Shown: piece after piece, positions 1 through 12,830 of the stretch
Layout of the letters: each line of letters starts with the position of its first letter
How positions within the stretch are numbered: the stretch's first letter is position 1
DNA from: Eledone cirrhosa
Taxonomy: Eukaryota
NCBI GenBank assembly: GCA_964016885.1
Contig: OZ024745.1
Location: 30,876,001 to 30,940,000 of the forward strand
Reading direction: 5' to 3'
Length of the DNA stretch: 64,000 nucleotides
The notes under the pieces: model-generated
What the model was told of the DNA's origin: nothing
Databases searched by the model: none
The model's input: only the letters and a program-made list of their open reading frames with translations
Made by a program: the position numbers and the translations under genes

Positions 1-490
1 TTTGGACATCCTGTAGGACTAAAAACAAAACCTGTCAAAGGGCAAAGGAGCTCTTAAGAGTCATTGGCCATCCAAAATCACCGGGAGAGATGACCCCTTA
101 GCCTTTGTCAAGGCAGAATTCTAGAAGGAAAACTCTGATATAACACCTGCAACCCTGGTGGTATCCAATGATGTTTATTTGTTCTTCTTTTTGGTAAATA
201 TCATCTTGGTTAAGAGAGTGGGACTGGCTTTGTGCAGTGCCTTTGTTCACTATAAAAGCTTCACGGCACAGGCATTGCTTTATATCTGGAGATCTCTCTG
301 CACTTGTCGTCACATGGTACCGTGGGCCCAGCACTATGTGTCAATAATTGTCACAAGTGTAGTGTTTGTACCAGAGTTTTCAAGTCGCTCGCTGGACTAA
401 AAAGTCACACTCGTTCAGCGCATCGGTAGGGGTTCTCCTACATGGATATAAAGTAGTGGCCATACTCGAAAACGAGTTGGCAGCCACCAT
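1..490 (+). mobile_element. Family A RTE-derived non-autonomous retroposon, copy 1 (cut by window edge)
   Basis: Near-identical to 12831-13440; ends GGCAGCCACCAT followed by a (GTAT)n tail. Confidence 0.85.
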
Positions 491-798
491 GTATGTATGT
501 ATGTATGCATGTATGTATGCATTCTACGCAATAATAAACGTTCACAGTACGAATCAACCAACGAAAGGTTGTTACGATTTTTTCGTTCGCTCGTGTTGTT
601 TCACAGAACGGTAAAAACCTGATGGTCCTCGCGGACAGAATTGCAAAGACTTTCACTCGGAGAACAGTGAGGGAGGTGCATTAAAAGAAGCAGTCCAACT
701 TGCGGAGTCATTCTTGCAGCTGGTCAAAACCATCCCAATCGCTGTAAGTAAGGAGGTAGTACGGATACCAAATGCACCAAAAGTTTCTACCTCTAAAG

Positions 799-1073
799 CA
801 GGTGTGTCTCAAACTCAAGGATTCAAAGGGATCATTATGCCCTTGGGGTGATGCACAGTGAGCCAGTTATTATATTAATCTGTATTTTAGGCTGCTTTTT
901 TCATCAAAATTGAATACACATATGATTGTATGTTGGATATGTGAATTAGTACAAAATGTAGGACAAAATGTAGGACAAGATTTTCGTTTCAAATTTTTCT
1001 CAAAAACTCACGAAAATGGTTCTGCCGCGGGCCAATGAAAAGTAGTGTGTGGGCCACATGTTTGAGGTCCCCA
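799..1073. mobile_element. hAT (Charlie-like) MITE
   Basis: Imperfect TIRs CAGGTGTGTCTCAAAC / GTTTGAGGTCCCCA; 8-bp TSD CTCTAAAG (791-798) / CTCTATAG (1074-1081). Confidence 0.6.
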
Positions 1074-1150
1074 CTCTATAGGTTGGGTTTATTATTTGAT
1101 CTGTTGGAAAGTGGTTGTTTGGCTTCATTTTATCACACCTCGGACTCACG

Positions 1151-1220
1151 GCTTTTCACGATTTTTCACGACTTTTCGCGGCTTTTCGTGGCTTTTCACA
1201 AATTTTTACGGATTTTCATG
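1151..1220. repeat. 10-bp period tandem repeat, about 7 units (RCTTTTCACG-like)
   Basis: gcttttcacg atttttcacg acttttcgcg gcttttcgtg gcttttcaca aatttttacg gattttcatg. Confidence 0.8.
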
Positions 1221-1394
1221 GCTGAATCATTTTAATGTTTATTAGCATCAGATGTTATTAATGAACACCAACGATGTTAGCGTTACTCGGCGCCTTCCTA
1301 TCGACATGTGGCGAATAGATGTTACAAGATAAAGTCATTGAAGATATTCTATATAATATATATATAAATATAACAAGTGTGTGGAGTGTGTGAT

Positions 1395-1649
1395 AGAGGG
1401 GCAGAGGAATATGGTGAGGGGTGAGGAGATGGGTGGGGAGAGATGGGGATAAGGAGAGGGGGAGATGGGAGTGAGGAGAAGGGGGATTGAGGAGAGGAGA
1501 GAGAGAAGGAGATGGAGAGGAGGCAGAAGGTGAGAGAGGGGAAAAAGGAGAGAGTGGAGAGAATGAGAGAGAGGGAGAGAGGGAGAGAGAGCGAGAGACA
1601 GAGAGAGAAAGAGAGGGAGAGAGAGGGAGAGACCGGAGAGAATGAGAGA

Positions 1650-1685
<36 letters not shown>
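1395..1685. repeat. Purine-rich GA/GGAGA low-complexity tract (similar tracts at 44835-45152 and, as CT, 54253-54775)
   Basis: Direct reading of the sequence. Confidence 0.9.
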
Positions 1686-1686
<1 letters not shown>

Positions 1687-1828
1687 GTTAATGTGGTTGC
1701 CTTACAATATTGCTTTGTTTACTTGTAGAAAAAAGTATAAACGTTGATTTAGGTCAGATGTTAACGATCATGTAAACAGTTTTAACCCACAAGTACTGTT
1801 ACAGTGGAAATGTAGAATCACTCTCTCT

Positions 1829-1893
<65 letters not shown>

Positions 1894-1927
1894 TCTCTCT
1901 CTCTCTCTCTCTGTATATATATATAAA

Positions 1928-2008
1928 GAGGGTGTGGTAAGATACCAGGTGGACCAGCTGTCGAAACGGCCACAGCTCAGTCATCGGTGTCCTGACTCTT
2001 TTCCTATA
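1928..2008. mobile_element. Family C (half-hammerhead PLE-like repeat), collapsed copy
   Basis: GTGTGGTAAGATACCAGGTGGACCA joined directly to GCTGTCGAAACGGC...; homologous to 47058-47274. Confidence 0.6.
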
Positions 2009-2186
2009 TACATATATATATAATTATATATATATTGATATATATACCAAAAGTTTAACAAGGTTCATTGATTAATCAATGAATATAGTTTTATAATAGA
2101 TTAGAAGCACTCAACAAATAGTTTTTCTGGAGTTATTAATATTATTTCAAAATATTAATAAATATAGACATTCATGTGATCAAATA

Positions 2187-2252
2187 TATTTTATTACATA
2201 TATTTCAGAGGTACTGAGCTGTTTCATCAGTGCGTCCTCATCAGATAAAATA
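2187..2252 (-). ncRNA. Type I hammerhead ribozyme motif
   Basis: Minus strand: TATTTTAT-CTGATGA-stem II-GAAA-TATATG-TA-ATAAAATA. Confidence 0.75.
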
Positions 2253-2331
2253 AATTGATGTCTGACATACCTCAACTGTGCTGATGGTTCAATTCCAGTT
2301 TTGCACAGTTGAGGTATGTCAGACATCAATT

Positions 2332-2397
2332 TATTTTATCTGATGAGGACGTACTGATGAAACAGCTCAGTACCTCTGAAATATATATAATAAAATA
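2332..2397 (+). ncRNA. Type I hammerhead ribozyme motif with palindromic stem III
   Basis: Stem I TATTTTAT/ATAAAATA, CTGATGA, stem II GTACTGA/TCAGTAC, GAAA, TATATA, predicted site ATA. Confidence 0.8.
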
Positions 2398-2451
2398 TAT
2401 TTGATCACATGAATGTGTCTATATTTATTAATATTTTGAAATAATATTTAA

Positions 2452-2510
<59 letters not shown>

Positions 2511-2545
2511 TGTGAGAAAAACCACAGACCCTCCATCTCAACTCA

Positions 2546-2583
2546 CCTTTTGAAAAGCAGAAGAACTGCGAAACCGGTAAAGG
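2546..2583 (+). ncRNA. Type I hammerhead, U3-A8 variant (family D repeat, about 2520-2660)
   Basis: CCTT-TTGAAAA-GCAG AAGAA CTGC-GAAA-CCGG-TA-AAGG. Confidence 0.8.
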
Positions 2584-2758
2584 AACCAAATAAATAAATA
2601 TATATATTTTTTTTAAAAATAAGACTCCAGTTGCATTTTCGATTTCATCTCTTTTTCTTTATATATATATATATATATATTTCGGAAGTTGCGTTTCGCT
2701 AATTTCTACCCGCTAAATTTATATTTATTCTCGCTAAATTTATATTTATATATATATA

Positions 2759-2874
<116 letters not shown>

Positions 2875-2992
2875 TAAACGGAATAGAAAATGCTGACAAA
2901 TTGTTCACAGTTGAAAAATGGTTTAATTAGGAATAAAAGAGTATTAGTGATTGTATGGGTTAGTATTCAGTTGTGGTTTTAAGTTTTTAAGT

Positions 2993-3029
2993 TTTTACTG
3001 GTTGCGCATTTCTAAATGCTTTTCAAAAA
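2993..3029 (-). ncRNA. Hammerhead-like motif, U3-A8 plus GCAA variant (family E repeat, about 2872-3065)
   Basis: Minus strand: TTT-TTGAAAA-GCATTT AG AAATGC-GCAA-CCAG-TA-AAA; homologous to 56813-56848. Confidence 0.6.
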
Positions 3030-3090
3030 TAATTTTGAGATAGAGTGTCAGTGCTGTTTGCTCTGATCTGATTAGTTTTGGGAATTCTAC

Positions 3091-3328
3091 CTGTTTTTAT
3101 GTTAAAAAAGTGGCTCCAGCGTTATTTTTGTGTTGCAAAAATGCTTGTGGTCAAAACAATTTTGATGGGTCGGTAGAGGTCATGTGAATGTATAAAGTTG
3201 ATTTTGCGCCAAGACTGTTTTTATGTTAAAATGTTAAAAAAGTGGCTCCAGCAAAAATTATTGGTCAAAACAATTTTGATTGGTCGGTAGAGGTCATGTG
3301 GATAAAAAATTGGTTTTGCGCCAAGATT
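3091..3328. repeat. Imperfect tandem duplication, about 120 bp x2
   Basis: AAAAAGTGGCTCCAGC...GGTCGGTAGAGGTCATGTG...TTTTGCGCCAAGA occurs twice. Confidence 0.8.
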
Positions 3329-3358
3329 GAGAAATGACTCTTTCACAACAAATATCTG

Positions 3359-3439
<81 letters not shown>

Positions 3440-3680
3440 TAGTAGTAGTAGTAAGGTGTTCGATGCTGCGACAATGGCCAGCAGCGATGTGTGTCAAATG
3501 GCTATTAAGATAAGAGCTCTGATTTTCGCCAACCACCGTGTAACAGACTGTTAGCTTCTCTCCCTTCTTTCGCCGAAAAGAAGTAAGTGACATAGTCACC
3601 ACTTTAAAACCGATAGCGTATAGTCTTCTAAATGTTTTTAATTAAACATACGGTATATTGCCAAATATACTATACATACA

Positions 3681-3757
<77 letters not shown>

Positions 3758-4698
3758 AGAGGAATGCTGATGAGTTTGGAGCAATCAAAACATTTTTTTT
3801 TTTTTTTTTTTTTTTTGATACCTCCAAATTCTTTGATATTCCTTTCAATACAAATTTAGGCTCTGTGGTGCTGCTTATTTTCCAATCTTTCAGATCTTAC
3901 CACCTGGACTTTACGTTAAATTTCTTTGATCTGCATGATTAATAATCGTAACAAACTATTGAGCTTTCAATTAGTCGACCCCCCTATTTTTAGCCCCAAA
4001 AATCTGAAATTTTCCATAGACTTCGTATAAATGTCGACCCTAGTATTTCACGGACAAATGTCAATATTTCTGAGTGAAGGTATCATCCTCTACGTAGAAA
4101 TAACACTTACAAAATAGTCATGAATTTAAGGCAAATTTATATTACTACAAATATATGTCTAAAACTAAAAATTTACCCAAACCAGTGCCAAAAGTTTGAT
4201 TGATACGAGCAAAAGAGCAAGTGTAAATATTTATAAGAGCTACGCGGTCTTGTTTATGGATTTTGTTATTTACTAGGACGTGTGTTTTGATACATAGAAT
4301 CGGTAATATTACTGTAATTCACTATTTTTTTGTTTTTATTCGTTTAAAGATCATTGGATTCTAGCTTGAATTTCAAACCTCACATAAGTAGTAACCACGT
4401 AATTATTGACCCCATAAAGTTATAAACAGAAGTTATACAATGGTGAAAATATTAAGAGAAGATAAAAACAAAATTAAGTAATGTAAATTAAGGGGAGAAA
4501 GGATAAAGAATGGCAGATCTGGGTGTATAGGAAAGTAGAGGAAAGGACTATAAATACCATAGATGTACAGAAAAGGGGGGGAAAAACAAGGACTATTAGG
4601 CAACGGGAGAAAGACTGCAAAGGCATTTCCGCGGACAAGGGCCAGCGACACCCACTGGTACAGCCACCCCACCTCGCAGGGCTCCTTCTTCTGGCGGG

Positions 4699-5266
<568 letters not shown>

Positions 5267-5569
5267 ATATTCAAAACAACGAACAGCGGAGGACACGTTT
5301 CGCACCTTTCCGACAGACAACCCCCCCCCCCCCCCCCGGAAAAAACCCAGTTGATGGATGTGAATCCGAAATATATAGGGACAATTAAATCTCTCCCAAG
5401 GTAACTCTATCTCGTGTTATTATTTTTTATTTTTTACGCTCTTTCCTACGTTCTTCTACACACTATACATCTCATTCTACATTCACTTACATCTCTCTCT
5501 CCACCACCGGATCTTGTTACCTGGAGAATTACCCATCTGCATTGTTGAGGCTTCCAAAACGACCTAAAG

Positions 5570-5657
<88 letters not shown>

Positions 5658-5661
5658 ATAT

Positions 5662-5792
5662 ATAAATGGAAAAAAATGAAACGAAATTTCATTTCTCACT
5701 CTTAGTACGGCTGATACCTAAATATAAGTATGTATACGTACATACATATATGTGTACAGACATACAGTAGAGTGTATATATATACATACATG

Positions 5793-5831
<39 letters not shown>

Positions 5832-6278
5832 GAATGGATTTACCGAACATTTATTATAATGTTCGGTTTGTTTGTAAACAAACAGCCCGAATTACGCCGT
5901 ACAGTGCTCGGCAACCATCGTCGCCCTTTTGTTCAACACTGACACAGGAACGATGCATAGAACGATGAATATTAATGGCTGAGCAGCCGAATTTGCATAT
6001 TGAGTGAGTTAGTCGGCCGGGCGCACCGAAAACGATAAATGGAAAAGAATGAAACGAAATTTCATTTCTCACTCTTAGTACGGCTGATACCTAAATATAA
6101 GTATGTATTCGCACTGTACGGCATAATTCGGGCTGCTTGTTTACAAACAAACCGAACATTATAATAAATGTTCGGTAAACCCATACGTATATATATATAT
6201 ATGTGTGCATGTATGTATATATATACATACTACTGTATGTCTGTACACATATATGTATGTACGTATACATACTTATAT
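5662..6278. repeat. Unclassified element with nested direct and inverted duplications
   Basis: Direct repeat 5662-5736 / 6035-6108; inverted repeat about 5722-5907 / 6111-6278. Confidence 0.8.
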
Positions 6279-6391
6279 ATATGTAATGTATATATATATA
6301 TATATATGTGTGTGTGCGTATGTATGTACGCACGTATGTATGTCTGTCTGTCTGTATATATATAACCCACAGACCCTCCATCTCAACTCTA

Positions 6392-6427
6392 CTTTTGAAA
6401 AGCAGAAGAACTGCGAAACCGGTAAAG
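6392..6427 (+). ncRNA. Type I hammerhead, U3-A8 variant (family D copy 2, about 6363-6560)
   Basis: CTT-TTGAAAA-GCAG AAGAA CTGC-GAAA-CCGG-TA-AAG. Confidence 0.78.
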
Positions 6428-6586
6428 GAACCAAATAAAAAAATTTTTTTTTAAAAATAAGACTCCAGTTGCATTTTCGATTTCATCTTTTTTTCTTTAT
6501 ACTTTCACTCGTGTAGGACACCTCGGTTATTTTCATTTTGTAAAAAAACCTCACTTTCTAATATATATATATATATATTTATATAT

Positions 6587-6643
<57 letters not shown>

Positions 6644-6799
6644 GGTGTCTGTATTTGTTTCATTTCGAACTGCAATTTACTCTTGTTGGTGAAATATTAA
6701 AATGGACATACGGCTATAAACATAGAATTTCGTTTCTTAGGAAACATGTTTTGTGCTCTAAAGAAATAACTACAACGGAAACATCTCTTCTTCTTTTTC

Positions 6800-7290
6800 T
6801 ACTAATACTACTACTTCTACTACTACTACTACTACTACTACAACTACTACTACTACAACTACTACTATAACTACTACTACTACTACTACCACTACCACTA
6901 CCACAACTGCCAACACCAGCACTAACACTACTATTACAACAACTATCAACACCACTATCACTTCTACTATCCCTCACTACAACCACAACTACCAACATGA
7001 CTACCGCCATTGTCACAATTATAACCTCTATTCACCATGCCCAACACCACCAACATTACCACCACCAACACCACCACTACCGCCACCACCACAAACACTA
7101 CCTCCACCACCACAACACCACAAACACTACCTCCACCACCACACCATCACACCGCCACTACCACCACCAACACCACCACTACAACTAACACCACCAACAC
7201 CACCAACAACACCACCAACACCAACACCACCAACAACACCAACACCACTACCAACACCACCACCACCACCACCTCTACCTACACCCTCCT
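6800..7290. repeat. (ACT)n grading into (ACC)n degenerate triplet repeat
   Basis: Direct reading; source of the poly-L/V/T/H pseudo-ORFs. Confidence 0.9.
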
Positions 7291-7646
7291 CATCATTACC
7301 TAGGAATCAGTGCCAAGTTCACCATCTGTCTTCATAATTTCTTACTGATAATCTACTGAAAGTAAACAATTAGAATCCTTCACAAGTGCTAGGTTTGTTT
7401 TTATTTTAATGTTTAAATAAATATAGTGATGATACACAACCTACTTCATCGCCTTTTAGATCTGATCGGTAAAACCTACCAAATATACGTAATAAAGTCT
7501 ATTCTAACATACTTAATGTAGTGAACCAAGAAATTTTAACTGATTAAAATTACACCCGTAGTGAGGAGGAGGAAAAATCACTATTTTAAAGGTTAACTAT
7601 GGTCGAGAAAGTCTGGGGAGTCAACCGCGCAATTTAAATTAATAAC

Positions 7647-7832
7647 TGTTTCTACTTTTGGCACAAGGCCAGCAATTATCAGTACATGACTGGTACTTTA
7701 TTTTATCGACCCCGTAATGATGAAAGGCAAAGTTAACCTCGGCGAGATTTGAACTCACATCATAAAGGGACGTAACTCTATGCTTCAAAGCATGGCGTCT
7801 GACCCTCTACCGATACTGCCAATCCACCGCCC
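7647..7832 (-). mobile_element. tRNA-derived SINE, abundant family with Nin/Deu-like central domain
   Basis: A box TGGCAGTATCGG, B box GAGTTCAAATC, central GCCTTTCATC..GGGTCGATAAAATAAAGTACCAGT; flanked by TTAAATTAATAAC TSD. Other copies near 7880-8075, 9770-9895, 14540-15130, 25310-25472, 32820-32910, 35545-35810, 43975-44215, 46262-46483, 49088-49240. Confidence 0.85.
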
Positions 7833-8543
7833 TATTAAATTAATAACCGCAATTTAAATTAATAATGTCATTAAAATTATAATGGCTTCTGATTTAGGCA
7901 CAAGGCCAGTAATTTTGGGAGGAGTGTGGGAAAGTCGATTAAATCGGTCCCAGTGCGTGACTGGTACTTTATTTTATCGACCCTGTAAGGATGAAAAGCA
8001 AAGCTAACCTCGGTAGAATTTGAACTCAGAACGTAAAGGGCAGTAACTTTATGCTGCAAAGCGTAGTGTCCGACAGTAGAAATTGGGTTGGTCTAATGTT
8101 TCACATTACGATAAAAATTCCTGCCTCAGATACATCATCCTCCGTCATGAGCCACTTACGGCCACAGTAACCAACAATGGAGCATCTACCCTACTAGATA
8201 TAGCAGCCAAATACCCTCAAATCGCTCCCTACCATTTTAAAAAGGAAACAAAATATTGGGCAATGTTGTCTAACATACTTAATATGGTGGGATAGGATGG
8301 CCATTGCTGGAATGTCTTTAATTATAGGTATCCTCGGTCAGGAGGTAAACAAGGGAGACCGATCCAAATAAGAGATTGCAAGATGCTAGATATAACAGCC
8401 AAATGTACCTCAAATGGCACCATAGTCTTAGGGCTGCGAACCGGCAGGCTCATAAGCGCATCAAATAGAATGCCTTGCGGTATTTGTTCTTTCGTATATT
8501 CGTAATCAATAAAATAAAATACTAATCAAGGACTAGAGGCGAT

Positions 8544-8605
<62 letters not shown>

Positions 8606-8661
8606 AACATACTCTCTCTCTCTCATACACACACACTCTCTCTCTCTCTCTCTCACACACA

Positions 8662-8778
<117 letters not shown>

Positions 8779-9049
8779 ACTCTCTCTCTCTCTCTCTCAT
8801 TCTCAAAATTGTTTATAGATGGTGTCTTGTAAAAATCACACAAAGGAATGCAGCGATAAACCCCCATTTTATTCTCTTAAGAACATTTCCATGAGAGGTA
8901 CATAGACAGAACTTGTCAAAAGTATCGTTTCCCGATCCGAATAACTAAAGTGAACCACGACTTGTTTTATGCGTTAACAACAGCAACAGCCGTCCTATAA
9001 AAGTGACGAATAAGTTATAAAGTAAAGTATAGGTCACGAGTTCAAATTT

Positions 9050-9452
9050 AATGCAGACGTAGAAATGTTACCTCTCTGTTACTATCTTATAAATATTTCC
9101 ATGGGAATTGTTCTGATGTTCTTTCTACTTTGTTGCCTTGTCTTCATGGGTTTAAATGTAGCACCAGATTGGTGACTACAGTTTCATCTTTTTACAGTTT
9201 AAGTTCCTAAATGTTATCACAAATTCTATTCTGATAGGTTCTTCCTTCGTACATCTCGCCAATGGAATTTTCTTCCGGCTTCTTGCTTTCCTGAACACAC
9301 CACAATTTTCAAAATTTCAAATGCGACATCAATCGTCATCTTCTCTCCCCTTGAATTATGTCTGCTCTGTCTTGTCTTTTTCCCTTCTCGGTAACCACTT
9401 GAATTTGCGTGGTTATATTGCCAGGCATGGGGTGAGTAGATTAACAAAAAAG
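9050..9452 (+). mobile_element. CR1/L2-group LINE 3' fragment, degenerate
   Basis: Homologous to about 28420-28810; RRRNV.SL...YKYFHG.CSD remnant. Confidence 0.65.
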
Positions 9453-10211
9453 ACATCTCGTTCAGTTTCTAGACAGGTCGCTTCATTCTGGACAGTCCCA
9501 GCTTAATTAGCTGTTGAAAGTAGATACCAGATTACGTGGAATTGTTGTTTTTATGATGACTCACACCTACGTAGGTTTAGCCGGTCACCTAAGATGTTGC
9601 ATCATATTTGACGTTACATAAGTATTTTAAAGATAAGTATTCCAGTCAAACTATATCATTTTTCCAGTCACAGAAAACTTTATTCGAACTTAGAACACAC
9701 AAAGTCGGAACAGGTATCCGATGCTCTATCAATTTCATCAATATAACGCTTTGAACTTGCAGTATATCTATCGAGCCTGAAAGGACGAAAAGTCGACCTC
9801 GACCTGATTTCAACTCAAGTCGTTAAGAGCCGAAACAAATACCTCAAAACATTTAATCCGACGCTCTGGCGATTCTGTCAATTTACCGCCGTTAAGGAGA
9901 ATGCTACTTGCAATACATTAGCTGCCTGTCTAAGGGACAATTTATCTGTCATCTGATTCAATCCTTGAAACCAGAAGTTAATATATATAGCTTATTAAAA
10001 GCCCCACGGGGCTCTAGGGTCACTTATATTTAGTTTTTGGTCATATATATATATATATATATATATGATTTATTTCATACGCATGAAACAGTTTTAATCC
10101 TGTAGAAGTCATTCTTATATTTAAAAGAAATGAATATATTCATTCTCTAGTAACGTATTGGGTACCTTATTTAACTGTATTTTTTCCCGTTCCGTTCGGA
10201 ATGCCATCCCC

Positions 10212-10252
<41 letters not shown>

Positions 10253-10974
10253 GTGTGTGTGTACGAGAGAATGATAACAAGAGGTATAGCCTTACTCGTA
10301 GGCCTGCTCAATTAGAGCTGACCTCGGGTTAACCACCACCAACAACGACAACAGCAATAACAGTTCTCCATACACTAGATAAAGACAAAGTATTCATTAG
10401 TGGCCCTTTAACCTAATCAGATATGGGACTTACATATATACATCTATATACACTGTTGTCTCATAATCTCTCCTTGTTTTTGAAATATCATTGCAATCTG
10501 TAAATCTTTCAGCTGCCATAATCCCTTCTACTTCCGCTGTTTATTTATAGAAATCCTGTTCTAGTCGTTTACTCCCCCCCCCCCCCCCCACACACACACA
10601 CACACATTATTTGGGGTCTGTTATTTTGTTTTATGGTGTTTATTGCCATCATATGTTAATAATCAGAAAATACTTGCTTCGAGACGACAGATTGTTTTGT
10701 TTTTTTTTCTCTTTCTATATTGTTGTTGTTGCTTATTTTATGGGGGGGGGGGGGGTTATTATTGATGTTGGTGTTGTTGCTTTGTTTTATTTTCTTCTCA
10801 TAAACAACACACTTGAGACTTGAGAGAAGTCATTATTTACTATCACATGGCACTCCACATAGATTCACAAATATGTTATATTTGTTTGTGTGTGCTGTTA
10901 TGTGTTGATGGATGGGTCTGATGTCTGATGTCTGTGTTTTCATGTATGCATTTATATATATATATGTGTATATA

Positions 10975-11070
<96 letters not shown>

Positions 11071-11412
11071 TGTGTGTGTGTGTGTGTAAATGTGTAAATT
11101 TCACAAGTAGACGAAACATGACTACCGTAAGTATGCGTGTAATATGCAAGGCACATGTAAAATAACCCCATCTCCTTCTCATTCCAACCATGCTAACACC
11201 CAATTTAGACTCTGTAAAATCGAGATAAATATTTTATTCTTAACTAAAATATGACCTCAAATTTTAACAAGACCTTGATATGCTTGAATCTGACCTGCAA
11301 TTATGAAATATATTCCAGGCAAGTTTTCTTGAAAGTAAGATATGTATAAACATATTGAATAAATGCATATATAAGAAAAAGTATAACCAAGACTAGCATA
11401 CGCATACATACG

Positions 11413-11480
<68 letters not shown>

Positions 11481-11484
<4 letters not shown>

Positions 11485-11571
11485 GGAACAAGTATGACCC
11501 ACTCTACTACCCTAAGTATTGAGTACTTTGGTGCGTTATGGTCCATCTGGTTCCTTACCACATTTCCTTCG

Positions 11572-11575
<4 letters not shown>
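11481..11575. mobile_element. Family C, collapsed copy
   Basis: Left-arm piece ATAGGAACAAGTATGACCC fused through ACCC to the downstream tail ACTCTACTACCCTAAGTATTGAGTAC... Confidence 0.7.
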
Positions 11576-11615
<40 letters not shown>

Positions 11616-11884
11616 ATTATGTGTGTGTATGTATATATCCTGAAGTAAGTACTCAACATCCCGAAGCATCTCAGATTACATCTGGTGGTCCAGGGGAAGT
11701 ATATGCAGTGAAGAATATGTATGTAAAATGGGTTTTTACAATTTATTCGGAAATTTTCCATTACAAATGTTTCAACGGGTTTGACGACTATTCAGCCTGT
11801 TGGTTCCATAGTGTCAATCCAGCTTCTTCAAATGGTCTTCCGAACAATGAATGTTATCAGTTCTCTCATCTCTCCACCACTGCG

Positions 11885-12000
11885 CCATTTTCGCCGTTAA
11901 TCTGTCAAGTTGTCGGCAATAGACGTCAGAGGTTATGCTGGTGTTTGGTGGGAATTGCTCGTAGTGGATGACATCTTTCCACTTTCACCAGATGCACAGT
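11885..12000 (-). pseudogene. Mariner transposase fragment
   Basis: Translates as LCIW*KWKDVIHYEQFPPNTSITSDVYCRQLDRL, matching the mariner WW..G.I.YE.L..N.TI.S..YC.QL.RL segment; contains a stop. Confidence 0.8.
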
Positions 12001-12029
12001 TCTTCTTTTTGTGTTGTTGAATTTCCACT

Positions 12030-12140
12030 TACCTTCCTCGACAGTCCAGGGACTGGTGAGAGAGCCGGTTTAGTCGCCGACCACCCGACCATGAATCAGG
12101 TTGTACTGGGCTAAATGTTACCAGTAGTCGCCTCAGACAT
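12030..12140 (-). mobile_element. Third variant of the RTE-type 5' head
   Basis: Minus strand: CTACTGGTAACATTTAGCCCAGTACAACCTGATTCATGGTCGGGTGGTCGGCGACTAAACCGGC, homologous to the family A/B heads. Confidence 0.75.
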
Positions 12141-12155
12141 GTATATGTATATGCC

Positions 12156-12237
<82 letters not shown>

Positions 12238-12283
12238 TGTGTGTGTGTGTCTGTGTCTGTGTACATATATAGATGTATATACG

Positions 12284-12497
<214 letters not shown>

Positions 12498-12830
12498 TAC
12501 ATCGTTTGCATGAACCGTTTTCGAATAGAGTAATAATATTTATGAAAGCCACAACAAAGCATGTATGGAAATAAGAAGTGTAAACAGAAGCAAAGTTACA
12601 AGTGAAGAGAATGGTTCATATGTTGACCTTTTATTACAATATTTCGGATTTAAAAGCCGACTACTATTAAGAAAGCGGAAGACGAGCTCGCTTCATCTAC
12701 AAATATCAAAATCGCAAAACCCGAAGACAGTAAGCTGTCAACGTAAAAGCCGCACTCCGACTGGTATTATATTCTATCGATCCCAGAAATATGTATATAT
12801 GTATGTATGTATGTATGTATGTCAGGTCAT

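Larger units (their letters stand above)
2137..2449. mobile_element. Foldback PLE pLTR fragment: about 145-bp inverted arms with a 21-nt spacer
   Basis: 2137-2281 is the reverse complement of 2303-2449; one HHR per arm; abuts (TA)n; single-arm copy at about 58030-58175. Confidence 0.85.

Noticed and set aside
98-400. Recurrent ORFs [10 protein letters not shown]..., MVSNDVDL..., MYQSFQVA... as a gene family
   Set aside because: Incidental frames in family A repeats, broken differently in different copies
6380-6430. Apparent conserved peptide FTGxAxLxLFK on the strand opposite families D and E
   Set aside because: Better explained by the conserved hammerhead core on the other strand
7037-7303. 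Mucin-like Thr/His-rich ORFs, and the Ser-rich ORF at 49372
   Set aside because: Degenerate triplet repeats without splice or start context
7301-7356. Minus-strand exon with good splice signals
   Set aside because: Stops in all three frames unless it is a start or UTR exon; no partner exons found
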